NCBI GenBank assembly: GCA_951406725.2
Contig: OX597837.1
Location: 18,414,001 to 18,478,000, forward strand
DNA length: 64,000 bases
Reading direction: 5' to 3'
DNA from: Octopus vulgaris
Taxonomy: Eukaryota
In this document: piece by piece, positions 12,607 to 28,160 of the stretch
Position numbering within the stretch: position 1 is the first letter of the stretch
Layout: every line of letters begins with the position of its first letter
The notes under the pieces: model-generated
Databases searched by the model: none
What the model saw: only the letters and a program-made list of their open reading frames with translations
What the model was told of the DNA's origin: nothing
Translations under genes and position numbers: made by a program

Positions 12607-12654
12607 CTGACAAATTAAACAGAATTACAATATAAGTAAACACACACACACACT

Positions 12655-12692
<38 letters not shown>

Positions 12693-13036
12693 TCTCTTCA
12701 TTCCCCCTGTGTATGTATGTATGTATGCATGCATGCATGCATGTATGTATGTATGTATGTATGTATGTATGTATGTATGTATGTATGTATGTATGTATGC
12801 ATGCATGCATGCATGTATGTATGTATATAAAGAAAGGACACAAATGGATTGACGTCCACAGCTGTTTCAGACATGTTTTTTTATTAAAAAGATTACACCA
12901 TGAAAAAATCTGTTTTCTTCAGATGAATTAAAACTTAAAATTAAAAATTTGGTTTAGAAAACCTCAAGATACGGAATGTGCATTGACCCTCTTATTTTTG
13001 CAACTAGTAAGAGACATATCTGTACACACACATACA

Positions 13037-13098
<62 letters not shown>

Positions 13099-13573
13099 AA
13101 TATCATCATCATCGTTAAAGTCTGTTTTCCATGCTGGCATGGGTTTGATGGTTTGACTGAGGACTGGCAAGCCAGGAGGTTGCGCCAGGCTCCAATCTGA
13201 TCTGGCAAAGTTTCTACAGTTGGATGCTAACCACTCCAAGAGTGTAGTGGGTGCTTTTACGTGTCACCAGCATGAGGGCCAGTCAGGCAGTACTGATGAC
13301 GACTATGCTCAAAAGGTGTTTTTTATGTGCCACCTGCATGGGAGCCCGTCCGGCAGCACTGGCAACGACCATGCTTGAATGTTGCTTTTCATGTGCCACC
13401 GGCACATGTGCCAGTAAGGCGATGCTGACAATGATCATGCTCGAATGGTGCTTTTTATGTGCCACTGGCATGGGAGCCAGTCAGTGGCCCGGGTAATGAT
13501 CATGCTCAGATGATGCTTTTAACATTCCACTGTCATCAACCATATCAGCTATTTTGATTTTGCTTGCCTCAAT

Positions 13574-14648
13574 ATGCCCACACCAAATAATATATCACTA
13601 TGCTACAAACATTCTTGGGTTTAGTAAATTATTATCATATTTACATTCCCAATATACATAATGTAAGGGCCCCGCTCAATGATTTGTTAAAGAAAAATAC
13701 AAAATGGTGTTGGATTGAAAAGTGCCAGAAGGCATTTGATGAGTTAAAAAGCATTTTAACATTGGACTTATTGTTAACACATTTTGATCAACAGTTGGAT
13801 ATCATATTAGCTACAAATGTGAGTGATTATAGTGTAGGAGCTGTGCTTCTGCACAAATATGATGATGGTAGTAAAAAGGCTATAGCCCATGCATCACGAT
13901 CATTATTACCAGCTGAAAGTAACTATAGTCAGGTAGAAAAGGAAGCATTAGCAATCATATTCGATGTGAAAAAATTCCATAGATTTATTCATGGAAGAAG
14001 TTTCCGTCAACAAATGGATCATTGCCCACAACTGTCTATAGGAATACCAACACACACAGCGAATAGGAATTATGACTACAAAATGGAATATTTACTGTCA
14101 AAAAAACTAGGGAATGTGGATGGTTTGTCCAGACTGATACTGAAACACTGCAAGCCATTTGAAGATATGGTAATTACAGCTTTAAGAGCAAAAGGAGAAA
14201 TAAAAAATGTAATGTGAAACATGGTACACGAATTACCGATAACCCTAGAAGACATATAGTGAAATGCAGTAAAGGACAAATTAATAACAGAAGTGTAAAG
14301 AATAGTGTGACCAGGAAAAGTAAATAGGGACAGGACTGGTGCGAAATGAAACCAAGATGTGAACCTATATTCAATTTGTGATGGAGTGCTTATGTTTACA
14401 CAGAGAATAGTGGTACCTGAAACACTACAAAAAAAATGTTGAGGGAATTTCATGTTGGACATCCTGGTATTTTGAGGATGGCTTCGAGTACTGGCCAAAA
14501 GTGGATTGAGAAATCGAAAATTTGGTGTAAGGCTGTAGAGGATGTGCTCTAGCAGCAAAATTACCAATGATAAAAAGTGAACCTTGGCCAAAAGTAGATG
14601 TTCCATGGTTGAGGCTACACATTGATTTTGCTGGTTCTTTAAATGGTT
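13574..14648 (+). mobile_element. Gypsy/Ty3 pol fragment (RT connection, RNase H, integrase N-terminus)
   Basis: LQTFLGLVNYY, VSDYSVGAVL, IAHASRSL..AESNYSQVEKEALAI, PWLRLHIDFAG. The frame continues (GSYYL) after the LTR insertion at 15712. Confidence 0.9.
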
Positions 14649-15711
14649 TGCAGAGAATCGACCGCACGTAAAGGAGTTGGTGACAGAAATGTCTCCTTTT
14701 AAATGCCACACGGTCACCCTTACAATAGAAGCATAAGCCGAATACATGATATAAAGAATAAGTGTCAAAAGGAATAAGAAAGATGACACAACCGTTCTAC
14801 TGTTTGAGAGAAAGATAGACTTTATTTACAGATGTGTACAATAAGAATGTGTATGGGTGCTAGCAGAGTGTAGTATCTGAGTGTGTGTGACATGTGTGTC
14901 TGTGTGTCCGTTGTAAGTGCAACAACAGTGCATGCAACAAGTATTTGTGTCTGTGTGTTCATCTGTGTGACAGAAGTACAAACAAGGTGTATGTGTGTAA
15001 GACAAAATACAGAGCATAGAATGAGTCTTTCAGGATATTTCAGACAAGATGGAGATAAATACCAGTTCGTACAGGTACACAATACCAGTTCGTTCTGTGT
15101 CAAGGAAGCTGGAGCGAAAGAGGAGAGCAGTTACTACACGTGTAGAAGTTGGGCTTCGATCCATTTGCCAGGTTACATTGGTACAGAAGATCTTGCCGGT
15201 AGTGCTGTGCTGTTAACCTTGGTGTGTATACACGAACAGCATGTAATCTAAACTTGAGCAAGTTGCTGTGAACATATCGTTGAAGTCAACGGTGGTGATG
15301 GCAATGGTTGAGATGATGGTGACAGTGGAGAATGGTCCTGAGTTGCTGCATGTTGCCTGTCGCTGGAACTGGAACTGGCTGAGTCGCTGGAACATGGCTG
15401 AGTCGCTCTGTGGTCAGAGGTTAGTCCTGAGAAGGACTAGAACCAAAGACCAAGATATTGTGAATGCTGGGGCTTTTTATAACAGAAGGTGGTCTCCAGT
15501 GAAAACCCCAAAAGACTGTGTCATGGGACCTTATCTGAAGACTGTGATTGGTTGGCTTACACACTGGTGCATAATAGGACTGCACAAAAACTAACCAATC
15601 TGAGTAGCGGACACAACTGAGCCTAGGCAGCCGAAAGATAATTGCTATCTAACATGAGATCATTTCTAAGATCTCTCTCAAACAGTGAGGATATCACCAA
15701 GCTACGCTACA
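14649..15711 (-). mobile_element. Solo LTR with 4-bp target duplication
   Basis: TG...CA termini, GGTT duplicated at 14645-14648 and 15712-15715; collinear with the LTR at 45229-46264. Confidence 0.88.
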
Positions 15712-18700
15712 GGTTCATACTATCTAATGGCTGAGATGTTGCGAGGATAATAGTAATAATGGTATACCCCTCCCATGTGATGAGTGGTATGTGCTATAAG
15801 TAAGGTGACATCGGTCAGTATAAAGAGAGAGTACAAAGTAGATGGTCATAAGATAGTTATGTCTTTACTTGTCTTACTAACTATACCGCTATACCAGAGT
15901 GGGTGTTATAATAATCTGGCATTAAGGATTACAACAGGAATATAGAATTATAATATCCTAGTATAGTACATTCTTAGCATTACAGATGATGACTCCTGTG
16001 TGAATGGTGGTGGTGATGGTTGTGGTGGTGGTGGTGGTAGTGGTGGAATAAGTTGCTATCTTCTGCTTTCATCAACATCTTGAATGATGAAGAACTCATC
16101 CAAAATAGTTTGACATTTATGCTACAACATCCCTTGTCATTGTAAACTACTCTTATAATTTTTATGTTACATTTGTAGTGCCATTTTGTGTGAGATATCG
16201 CCAGCAGCCATTACTGTCCAAGACAAGAGCAAGATCTTGCCGACAACCATGTTTGCCATGCTCAAGACCACAGCGAGGATCTCATGGGCAACATCTATTT
16301 AAGGAGGTGTATTGAGCAATCCATTCTCTTCTCTCACGTTGGCGTTCATGTTGAACAACACTGTAACCTAGCAGCTCACAGCGGATTCTTAACCTGCTCT
16401 AACTTTACCTGTTATCTCCAGAGGTAATGTACCTCTTGCGAATGGAGCTAACGAACTACACATTGACATACAGATGGTCGCCAGGAGCAAACCCCATGAA
16501 ATGAGAACCAAATAAACAACCATCGAATTACATCCACTAGTAAGCCTCTTCTTCTTCGAGTTCCAGAATCCTAAGACTACAAAAAATAATTGTAATGGGA
16601 GAAGGAGATACTCCACAGGGATCAGGAAATTTCTAGTCCCATTATACATTCATAATTTGGCTTGTTATTAACAAACATTTTGCAAACTTTCCCCAATAAG
16701 TGCCAACACCATAGCAGTATTCCTTGTTGTCAACTTAAGCAGAGTAGTTGGAATTACCATATTCTCATCTGAATTTTATGCTTGTTCTTGTTCTAACAGT
16801 ATTGGCTCCTCATTAGATAATTTTTTTCTATTGGATATTAGCAACTCAACCACATTGTTCTTTATGGCTTCTTTAAACCTTACATCATTTCCAAATTTAG
16901 TGTTGACTTTCTGCTTGAGAGAAAATTTGTAAAGTCACAGTCTAGCTGTATATATTTTTCTATGCACCATTCAAAGTAGAGGGTTTTATTTCATTGCATG
17001 ACTCAGCTATGTTATATACAGAACCCATTATGTTGAGTTTCTTCCACAAGTCTCTAACTGTATGTTTCTCTTCTTTGCCAATTGCATTCATGTTATTTGA
17101 AAGTCCTCAGAAGATATGTCTTGAAGTTAGCTATCACACTTTGTTCCATTGACTGGAGCAAAGAAGTGGGATCCTGGTGAGGAAGTTCAAGGATTTTGAG
17201 GAGTGTGGAACTACCTTTTAGCTGCTATTGTTCCCAGGTCTACTCTGACCTAGAGTAGTAGCACCTATTAGAGCCTGAGCTATGGTGAATTAGCATGTGA
17301 ACCACTGGGAGTGAAGGACCCTTAGTCCTTCTTAGAATGTCTTTCTAGAAGAAGGCAAACTTGTATGTAAGAGCCTGATGTGCAGTTGGTTTCTCATTGT
17401 ACCACTGATTTTATAGTTCATTGCACAGAAAAGTGGGTTTAGTGTTATGCAACAATTTATTTACTTCACAACAGGAAGTTCTTGGACTCTAGGAACATTT
17501 GCACAGCCATTAGAAAGTGGTTTTATTCATTCATGAGTTGACTTCAACCATGTATGTATATATGTACGTAAACGTGTGTGTGTGTGTGTGTGAATGATAT
17601 GCATGTATGCTATTGCAATGTATGTACATATGCATGTGTGTAAGTATGCATTTTCTCTTTCTGTAGAAGTTTATTCTAATCTATGTTTGTGTGTCCTATC
17701 CACTAAAAGGATATCATCTCTGACTTATTGACTCGAATGCATTTAATCATTTGTCTGCTCAATCAGGGATGACCTGAAGTTAAATGACAATGACAATTAT
17801 ACTTAGGTCACTTGCCTTTTGTATGGATAACATAATAAGAAAAAATTTCAACAACATGAATATCTTTCAAAGAAATGTGATTGATCTACCACTAGTTTTG
17901 ATGCACATGCAATTTTTTGATAAACTGAATGTCCAATATATAAGTGTCCAAGTATTCCATGGGCACATATGCCTCAAACTAAATTCTCAAGGAAGATGTG
18001 TGACATGAATGTGACAAGGCTAGACTTTTAATTCCAGGTACATGCCATCTGATGAGCTTCCAAACACTTGCTGCCTTCCCAATCTCAGTCACGAATCTTG
18101 GATGCCATGCAATGAGATTGAACCTGGGACCTCATGATTGCAAAGCAAACTTCTTAAATCATTCTACTATGCCCATATCCACATCAAAGAACATAGTCCT
18201 TTCAACACTACTAATCATATATAGGCCTACTTGTTGCTTATGGCAACTAGTTGACGTTAGAAAGGTCAAAATTGTAAGAAAATTAATGAATAAATAAAAA
18301 CAATTTAAAAAAAGTAAAATCTATGTTAACTCATATTTATTTTATTTTGTTTTTAAATTGGAGATCATCATTATCGTCGTCACCACCACCACCACCACCA
18401 CCAGTGACAGCAACAGTAGTAAGTGACTGGTGGTCAAAATATCAGTCTACTGATGAAAGTGTAAATAATTTATAGCCTATCACCCAGCCACAAGCATTGT
18501 GTTATAATGTTGTCTCCCAGTGGTTTAGTCTATTTCAATGTAAAAATAATAATTGTGGAGAGGCACAACTCACTGCTGTATAACCGATTAAATGTTATGT
18601 TAGCAGCAGGATTGATTTTAATTCTTTCATTGGGCAAAACATCTCTATGCAACCATACAATGTCATGAAATGCAATCGTCATTAGTATATCTTTAATAAG

Positions 18701-19837
18701 TTGATAAATTGACAGGATATTTTAGTTCTGGCTCTTTGTACTTTGAGTTCAAATCCTGCCAAAGCCAACTGTGCCTTTCATCTTTTCAATATTGCTAAGT
18801 AAAGACCTAGCCCCAGCTGGTGCTTTGGCAAAATTATTAGAACCTTGCCAGTTACAGGTGTGGTTGTGAGGTAAGGAGTTTGCCTCCCAGCCACATGGGT
18901 CTGGGTTCAGTCCCACTGTGTGGCAACTTGGGATTAGTTATCTTCTACTATAGCCTTGAACCAATTAAAGATTTGTTGGATTTTGTAGATGGAAACTGAA
19001 AGACATCCCCCCCCACATATATACTAGCTTAAAAGCCACCCAATAGGGTAGCTTTTAAGCTAGCTCCTGTGGAGGACTCTTCATTGGGCGTTGGGCCCAA
19101 CAACGACACTTCATGCATTGAGTACATATTAAATTTTATTAAACTTGATAAATATTTTTCAAGCAATGAATAATTTTCATCAAAACAATGATATAATTTG
19201 TCGACTTGGAACTTATTGCAAAGCTGAATGATAAACAACATTTTTTTGTCTTCCCATTCAGGGCTCAAAACAATTTTTTTTTCTGTTTGACCTCTTTCTT
19301 TCTCTCTCTCTCTCTTTCTGTTGATTGTTTTCAACCATCACCATCACCAGTAACACTACCATTGCCACCACAACTGCCATATACACACCATTCAGACACT
19401 TGATACTACCACCATCGATACCTTTGATGTTGTCACCTTTCCCTCCACTACCATCACCACTGTCTTTCATATCGCTTACTATCACCACTGCCCCCCCACC
19501 CTGCTTCAGCCACCATCACCACCACCATCACTGTTGCCTCTGACTCTATTACAACTACAGATTACTATCAACCCATTACCATCACAACCATCAATCTACT
19601 ACCATCTTTATGCCTACTATTACTCTCACTTGTTTATTTTTATTGTATTTTGCAAAGGATAGTGTCATTGGTTATGGGTTTCTGGTGGGTTCAATGCCCT
19701 TCTGATACCAACAGAAACAAGGAATTGTCTCAACAACTTGGGTGGAACAAATACTTCATTGGGTATTTTTATTTGAAAGTGCCAGTCTTTAGATTTTCTT
19801 GATGGTTTCTTAGAATTTTTGCCAAGGTACCTTAGTG

Positions 19838-19928
<91 letters not shown>

Positions 19929-22900
19929 CACACACATGCACGCACACACACACATGCACACACATGCACACAGACACACACATGCACACAGACACACATG
20001 CACATACACACACGCACATACACACACGCACATACACACAGATATATGCACACGCTTACTCACACACATGCACACACTCACACTGACACACAGGTACATG
20101 ACAGACATTACTACATTTTCTGTCAAACTGATCTCATCCACAAAGTATTCTTTGACTTGGGATTACAACAAAAATCTTTTGTCCAAGGAGTCTCACAGTG
20201 GGATCAAACCTGAAACTGCACAACTATTTATCTATTATCCCTAGTTTTAGTCATTGAACTGTGGTCATGCTGGGGCATCACCTTGAAAGGTTTAGCCAAG
20301 CAAATTGACCCTAGTACTTCTATTGGTCACTTTTGCCAAACTTCTAAGGTATGGGGGTGTAAACAAACCAACACCAGTTGTCAAGTGGTGATGGGACAAA
20401 CACATTTACAAACACACACGTGCACGTGCACGCACACACACACACATGATGGGCTTCTTTCAGTTTCCATCTACCAAATCCATTCACAAGTTTTTGGTTG
20501 GTTGGTTGGTTGGTTGGTTTGGGGTTGTAGTAGAAGACTTTTGCTCAAGGTACCATGCAGTGGGACTGAACCTGGAACCATGTCGCTGGGAAGCAAGCTT
20601 TTTACCACACTCTCATCCTTGTGCCTATATGAAGCAAACCCCTCAATCACACATTCATTCTTATGACATTAAGCACAGAATCATGATTTAGTCCCAAGAT
20701 ATGCAGAAACTCCTGAATCTGGCATTTTAAGACCTTAAAGCTCCCATTCCACCAAAGTATACTTCTCTTTTTTTTATAATTTTTTCTAAACTAAAATTCT
20801 TCGACAAATGACTGCTGTCATCCCTCATTATGGAACCAATGACCATCTCTTGATAACCCAGAGGAGGTAAAGGAATAAACAAATACATAAGGAGATTAAT
20901 ATTGGTTTCAAGTTTTGGTACAAGGTCAGCAATTTTGGAAAGAAGCCAATCGATTACATTGACCCCTGTACTCAACTGATTCTTACCTTATCAACCTCGA
21001 AAGGGTGAAAGGCAAAATCGACCTTGGTGAAATTTGAACTCAGAATGTGTGCTTTTAGTGCAAAGGTGTTTTGTTCTTTTTACTGTTTAGTCAGATATAG
21101 AAAGGTAGTGCTCAGGGGCTTCAAGATTGGTATGATGAAAAGAGGAAGTTGGTAGCAAACTTGAGAGATGGTCTGAATGCTTGTAACAGTTGATTACATT
21201 GAACTCTACTAAAGCACCAAACAACCATATGGTGGTGTAATACCGAGAGGGGTGGATGAAGTCACCAACCAAAAAACACAGAATACAAAGAGCTGAAGTA
21301 AATACCTCAAGGCACCTCATCTGATGTTCTGACAATTATGCCAATCCACTGCCTATCCTGGAAGAATGAAAGGCAAATTTAGCCCCAGTGGGACTTGCAC
21401 TCAGAGTGTAAAGTGTAGAGAGCCAGAACAAATACAACAAAATGTTGTGTTCTATGTTCTAATGATCCTGCTAACTGGCCTGACTATACTGCAAGCATTG
21501 AGGATAGTTCTCTGGTTTGAGGATAACTTCCTCCTGCTAGTCTCAGAGACTCTGAAGAGATCATGTGCCACCTTGCTTCATTTCTCTTAGCTATTAAAAT
21601 AATCATAATGCTGTTTCTGTCTTATTGGACATAGACACATTAAATATTTGTATCTTGTAGAAATGTGTGGTCTAATTATTATGGGCAATTAATTGCCAAT
21701 GTTGTTAGAGTGTTGCATAGATTGCATTCAAATCCTGTCAAGGTCTACTTTGCCTTCTGTCCTGTTGGAGAGTTGATAAATAAAGAACCAGTCCAGAGCT
21801 AATGCAGCCCTCTCTTCCTCCATCTGCCACATCTTCAATGTTCCCCTGGGTTAATGATTGGAGGACCTAGAGGATGTATGTGCCTGCTTCGGACCAGATG
21901 GCCACCTAAAACAATTAGTAAAAAACATGGTACGTGCTATCAAATCATCTTTGATTGAAACTAGTTTTGTCAATATATTTTGCCAATAGTCAACAACAGA
22001 GGCCAACATATGTGACTTGACCTGACTATTGCATCAGTGGCAAAAGGTTTACCAAAGTAAACTATTTATTCAATGACTGAAGATGATCTATTTTTCAGAA
22101 CAATTGGAATTCTTCACAAATATGAACACAATAAGCAAGTGATACAATAATGACAAAAACCAATGTCATGAACCATAAACTTCTTATGACTAACAACAAA
22201 TACATAAAAAAAAATTCAAACATAAATAACCAGTGTTAAATAAACAATTTTCTAGTGTTAGGAAATTGTGTGAAAAGTTGCAAGTTAGTTACACACAGCT
22301 TATATTCTTTGTAAAGTAGAATGGAATTACAATGGATATTAACAGATACAGAAACTTTTACAATGGAAGCATGCAATATAATTCTTGATGAAAAAGTTAG
22401 TACTTAATTTCATATATCTATTTGTTTCGTTTGCCATTTATAAAAAAAAAATTTCTTATTGTTTTACAGTCATTTTTTAAATGATAGACAAAGTGGAATA
22501 TACACAATTGGAATTGAAGCAATTGATTTTACAACTGATTGTTCTTTCCACCAATAACCACTAAACTGTAAGGCTGTTATTATTTAGTCTCAGGTCACTC
22601 CTGATCCAATTGATATACAATCAGCAATATTCCAGCCATAACCATTTCATCTTTTACCCAGACATAATTTAACAAGGGCTGCATTTTCTCATGTCCTCTT
22701 CCTGTTTTCATATGGTATGTGGTAATTTGACCCTTTAGCATTCAGATTATTCTGTCAAATGAATTAATCATGCATTGTCTCTGTAACTTAAGATTTCAAC
22801 GATGTGATTGCTTATTTTTAAGATGACATTGTAAGGTAGGTGTGAGAGTACAAATCTGGATGGTTTGAACATAAAACAGGTAGAATATTTGGGCCAGATA

Positions 22901-24732
22901 TGGGCTAAGGAAAAATATTACTGTTATTTCAAGTAGGATATTGTTTAGTCCCTGGTCATCCTTTATCCAGCCTAGATACAGTGTAATGATATCAGGGAAG
23001 ATTTAATTGATATTTTTAATTGGTTGAAGGATAATGTAGAAGAAAGGTGGAGAACCTTGTTAGTAAATGGGAGAAATTATAAAAGAACCTGTTAGGGAGC
23101 TCTTTTCTTGAGAAAAATAACTCCTAAATTTTATAATTCAGAGATATACAACTTACTGTATTTGCTGTATAACATACATTTTTCATTAGGGGAAAAAAAC
23201 CTTTAAAAAATATTCTATGCACATAACATGGAAAAATACTCTCCTAACAAATTAACCATTTTTTAGATAATTTTCTTTAACAAAAAAAGGGATTTTTTTA
23301 AGGGAAAAAGTGTGTTGTGCATTGGCAAATATGGTATATCAAATGAATATTTTGTCCTTAAGGTTAAAACCTGTTTTTCTTCATATGAGTTTGATAGACA
23401 TCATCTGTAGGGGTGGGATTCAAATACAAATATGGTTAAAATTTCGGCTCCAGATAAGGGGTATTCTCACCATTAATGTACAGGCCCCCTTTTTGGTTTT
23501 AAAATGCCAAAGCAGCTAATTTCAATCAAGTAGCCTTAGGCAGACAGTGCTTTACCACTATGATTATAAAGAAATAAGATGCATAGAACTGTTTTCCTTA
23601 TGTATATTATTATTTTTTTATTGTGTATGTTTCTAAATCCCAGACTGTTTTGCCTTGAATGAATGGACCGGCCACAAAGAAATGAGAACTGTTTAGTCTT
23701 ATGGAGTAGAAGACAATCTTGCTAATACTGAATCATCATCATCATTTAACATCCGTTTTCCATGCTAGCATGAGTTGGACGGTTCAACTGGGGTCTGGGA
23801 AGCCAGAAGGCTGCACCAGGCCCAGTCTGATCTGGCAGTGTTTCTACAGCTGGATGCCCTTCCTAATGCCAACCACTCCGTGAGTGTAGTGGGCGCTTTT
23901 TATGTGCCACCGGCACAGGTGCCAGAGGAGGCTGGCAAACGGCCACAATCGGTCGGTGCTTTTACGTGTCACCAACACGGATGCCAGTCAGATCTGTGAC
24001 AAAATATAATTAGCACACCGCATAATGTGATTGGTGAATGAGAAGAGACAATGTGACATCAAGTCTAGTCAAGGACATGACGCCTTTTGAGTGTTGGTGC
24101 CATGATAAAATACAGTACATTTTGTGAAGCAGTTGTGATAAGAAGAATATCCAGCTATAGAAACCACACCCAAATCAAAATATAGAAGCAAGATATCATC
24201 CTATGCTTCATCTAAGTGGGCAGCAAATCTAAATAAGAATTAACTCAGACTGTGATGACCTAATCAGACCTTGATACAATAGAAAGTGAACATAAAATGA
24301 TGATGATGATGATGGTAGTGATGCTGGTAGTGGTGTGGTGATGGTGGTGATGATAAGGATGAGGGGGATGAATTATCCTTGAACAAGGATTGAACTCTAA
24401 GCCTTTGGTGCATAATCAGTTGATTAAGACTGTATACTGACATACAAATGATTACAACTCTATGTCTAGGATTGTTTAAACAGTCTTGAAATTGTAGCTA
24501 AATTTCCTCAATTTGCATCCTGTCACTGGTTGTCACATCTTTTAACTCCATGACACACTGAAGATTAAATAAAAACTTACTGATACTCTTCATATGGAAA
24601 AAAAAAAAAAACTGCTTTAAAGTTATAAATTGAAGAAAATATATTATTTACTGTTTTATTTATCAAATTTGTGTATAACACTGAGAGCGTGACCAGATTA
24701 ATGCAAATGTGTGCATCAGATCATTCAGATTG

Positions 24733-26270
24733 TACAAAGTGGTATTAAGAAGTCCCCAAACTAGTTATGTTTAATAAAAAAAATAACTTATTTACTCAAG
24801 ATCTCCTTTGAAATATTCACCTTGCTCATCAATACACTGGTCCCAGTGTTCCTGCCACTTTTGGAATCTGAACCAGAAGTTGTTTTACGAAAGCGAGACG
24901 AGGACCTTCTGTGATTCACTCTGGATCTTGACAATGGTGTTAAAACGGTGATCTTTGGGTTGCATTTTTATCTTGGGGAAAAGATGGAAGTCTGCAGGTC
25001 TTAAATTTGGTGAATAGGGCAGGTATGGAAGCGATGCCATGTTTTTGGAAAGAAACTTACAAGTGGGCTCAGTGACTGGGTGCATTGCTGACATGAAGAA
25101 TTCAATTCTTTGTGCTCCACAGATCCGATCGTTTTTGCTGAACATACTCCCTTGAATGCTGCACAACATTGCAGTAGAACTCTTGATTGATGGTCAGGCC
25201 CTGGGGGATGAATTCTCGATGCACAATACTTCAAATGTCAGAATAAATGACGAGCATTCTCTTGATTGAGCTGCAGCTCTGTCATGCCTCCTTCGGTGAT
25301 GGAGATGAAGGGCTCTTCCACTGGGATAACTGCTGCTTTATCTCAGGGTTGTACCTATAAACCCAACTCTCATCACTGGTGATGATCCTCAACATGATGG
25401 ATGGGTCATCAGTGGCACGCGGATGGAGATCTTGACAGACTTTGATGCGATGGTCTTTCTGCTCAGTGGTCAGCAGGTGGGGGACAAACTTGGCAGAGAT
25501 ACACCACATATTCAATTCAAACATAAGGATTGCCTGCATAGAACCATATGACGGACCAACAATATCATCAATGAAGGCAGCGAGCTGGCAGAAATGTTAG
25601 CATGCTGGGTGAAATGCTTAGCTGTATTTCATCTGCCATTACGTTCTGAGTTCAAATTCTGCCATGGTCGACTTTGCCTTTCATCCTTTCGGGGTCGATA
25701 TATAAAGTAACAGTTACGCACTAGGGTTGATGTAATAGACTTCATCCCTTTGTCTGTCCTTGTTTGTCCCCTCTATGTTTAGCTCCTTGTGGGCAATAAA
25801 GAAATAAACAACATCAGCAATGACATTGGTTGTCCTCTGACGACCCTCATGCACAAGCTGGTGAATTTTCTCCGTATTTCCGGGGGTGATGCTTGTAGCA
25901 GATCTTCCAGATTGCTCATCGTCTTTCAGGGACGTACTTCTGTCTTTGAAGCACTTGTGTCACTTGAGACATTGTGTACGACCTATTGTCTTGCCCTTGT
26001 AGGTTCAATGTCTCTGTAGCAGACTTCCCAAGTTTAACACAAAATTTCATGTTGGTTCTTTGTTCCAACTTCTTGTCCATGACAAAATTGCAGACTACAG
26101 CATACATGTGATCACACAAACACAAATTTCACAACTTGCAAAGTGAACACAACAATATCACTTGGCACTCTACCTCATGAATGACACTGCTAGCTCTCAC
26201 TCTACTTGCAGCCATGTGCTGCCATCTGTTGGTGCACTACAGAACTAGTCTGGGAACATTTTGATTACAT
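24733..26270 (-). mobile_element. Degenerate mariner transposon interrupted by a SINE (~25575-25810)
   Basis: EQRTNMKFCVKLGKSATET, SAKFVPHLLT, IITSDESWVY, PYSPNL.PADFHLFPKIK; imperfect terminal inverted repeats around ACTAGT. Confidence 0.85.
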
Positions 26271-26981
26271 TGGCGCTAGTGTTCAACTTGTACTTATTCT
26301 ATTGACCACAAAAGGATGAAAGGCAAAGTTGACCTCAGCAGAATTTGAACTCAGAACATAAAGTTACAAGAAATGCTGCTAAACATTTTTCCTGGCATGT
26401 TAACGGCCAGTTTGCCACATGAACTTTCAACTTAAAAATAAAAAACAAAGCAAATGCTGTGATTAACTACTGAAATCTAATATGAACTTTCATCTGATAA
26501 TAAGTTTCAGTCAAGTATTCAAATTTAAACACGTTAATGAAGTTGGTTTTGAGTATGTTGTTGTTGAAATGGCTAACTGTCTATTTAAGGCAATGTTTCT
26601 CCTAGGGTGTGGGGCCATAAGGGTTGGAAAGTGTGATGAAAGTGAATAAATTGCAATGTTTCATAGAACCATGATTATTTTAAACCGTTTAAACTTATTC
26701 AACACTATAGTGAAAAAAGAAAAATAACATGGGTACAAATTCTAGGGTTATAATATCCACTATATTCTTTTTTTTTAGATACTTATTGTTGTTGTTGCTT
26801 GGTCCCAAGTTAATCCAGATCAAGCCAACCTGCAGTCAAAGGCAATCTAACTACGATCAACCTGTCTTTTTCTATATCTGGAACTACATTGACCAATGTG
26901 TCCTTCCCTTTTTTCTAACACAGTAAGGTAAAGTGAAGGGGATTTGGCCACTGTTTTTAACACGTCATACAACTACATAAG

Positions 26982-27588
26982 CAGTAGTTCTTAACCTTTT
27001 CAGTACCAAAAGCCTTGTTCATTTAAATGAATTTTTCCATAGACTCCAGAGTTTTGAAAGGTTTGTCAACTGAGCAACTCAATAAACATATTTATGTATA
27101 CTCAGATTCCCTCAATTAAAAGATATTTCTAACTAAATATGCAATTAGATAAATGCCAGTATCAACCAAAAACACTTAGATGTTTGATGAGAAGGTTGGT
27201 GCTGCCTTGTAGATTCTTTGCTCTAAATATCAGGTTTAATGGCAGTCTTAGATATAGATCATGTTTTAAGATATAAACAAGCATGCATCTTGTATTAAAA
27301 GTCAATTTGAGAGTTACTCTCTACCACAGTATAGTTTGTTCTAGCAGAACATCCAGACTTAAGTGATGATAAATATTACCTCTCATTTTAAGAAATGTCT
27401 AAAAAGAATTAGACTATTTCTGCAAATTTGGAAACTATTTGGAATTTTGAAAGTTTTTCTGTATTGCCTTTACTGTAATTGTATGTTTTACACTGCAAAG
27501 TCTTGAAATTTTGAATTTAGTTCACAGATCTTTTGGTACTGCTTTTGTGGATCCCCAGGGGTCTATGAACCACAGATTGGAAACTACT
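26982..27588. mobile_element. hAT-like non-autonomous element (MITE)
   Basis: Termini CAGTAGTTCTTAAC and GGAAACTACTG; related termini at ~48492-48754 and ~57868-58120. Confidence 0.5.
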
Positions 27589-28160
27589 GACAGAGGCTAC
27601 TCTCTTTAGCTCATGTTCCAATATTTAGTAATTACCCCAAGGCAGTAATTACCACTGGAAGCCTCTACATGGTTGCCCAACTTGGTAAAAATAGCAGCTA
27701 AATCTTGTTCAGACCATCTGAAAAACAGGACACATGGTATAATGTAGTCCTGGATACAGTATATCTGATGAGATGGTCATAGTTGGAATGTTTTTATCTA
27801 TAAGCTGCTATGGGTGGTAAACTTGATCCATTACATGGTTTAACATCACCACCAGGGACCTTGTCATAAACAGTCAAGCTTCCTCCATCCCTTTCAGCTG
27901 TCTCAAAGGCCCTATAAACAGTCAGGGTTATTGCCTTCTATCCTGAATGAAAGCATGTAAAAGGCTCCTTGCCAGTGCTACGTAATGACACCTGTGCTGG
28001 TGCCATGTAAAAAACACCCAGCACACTCTGTAAAGTGGTTGGTGTTAGGAAGGTATCTAGCTGTAGAAACTGAGCCAAACCAGACCAGAACCTGGTGCTA
28101 CTCTCATGCTTTCCAGCTCTAGTCAAACTGTTGAGCTCATGCCAGGATCGAAAATGGATA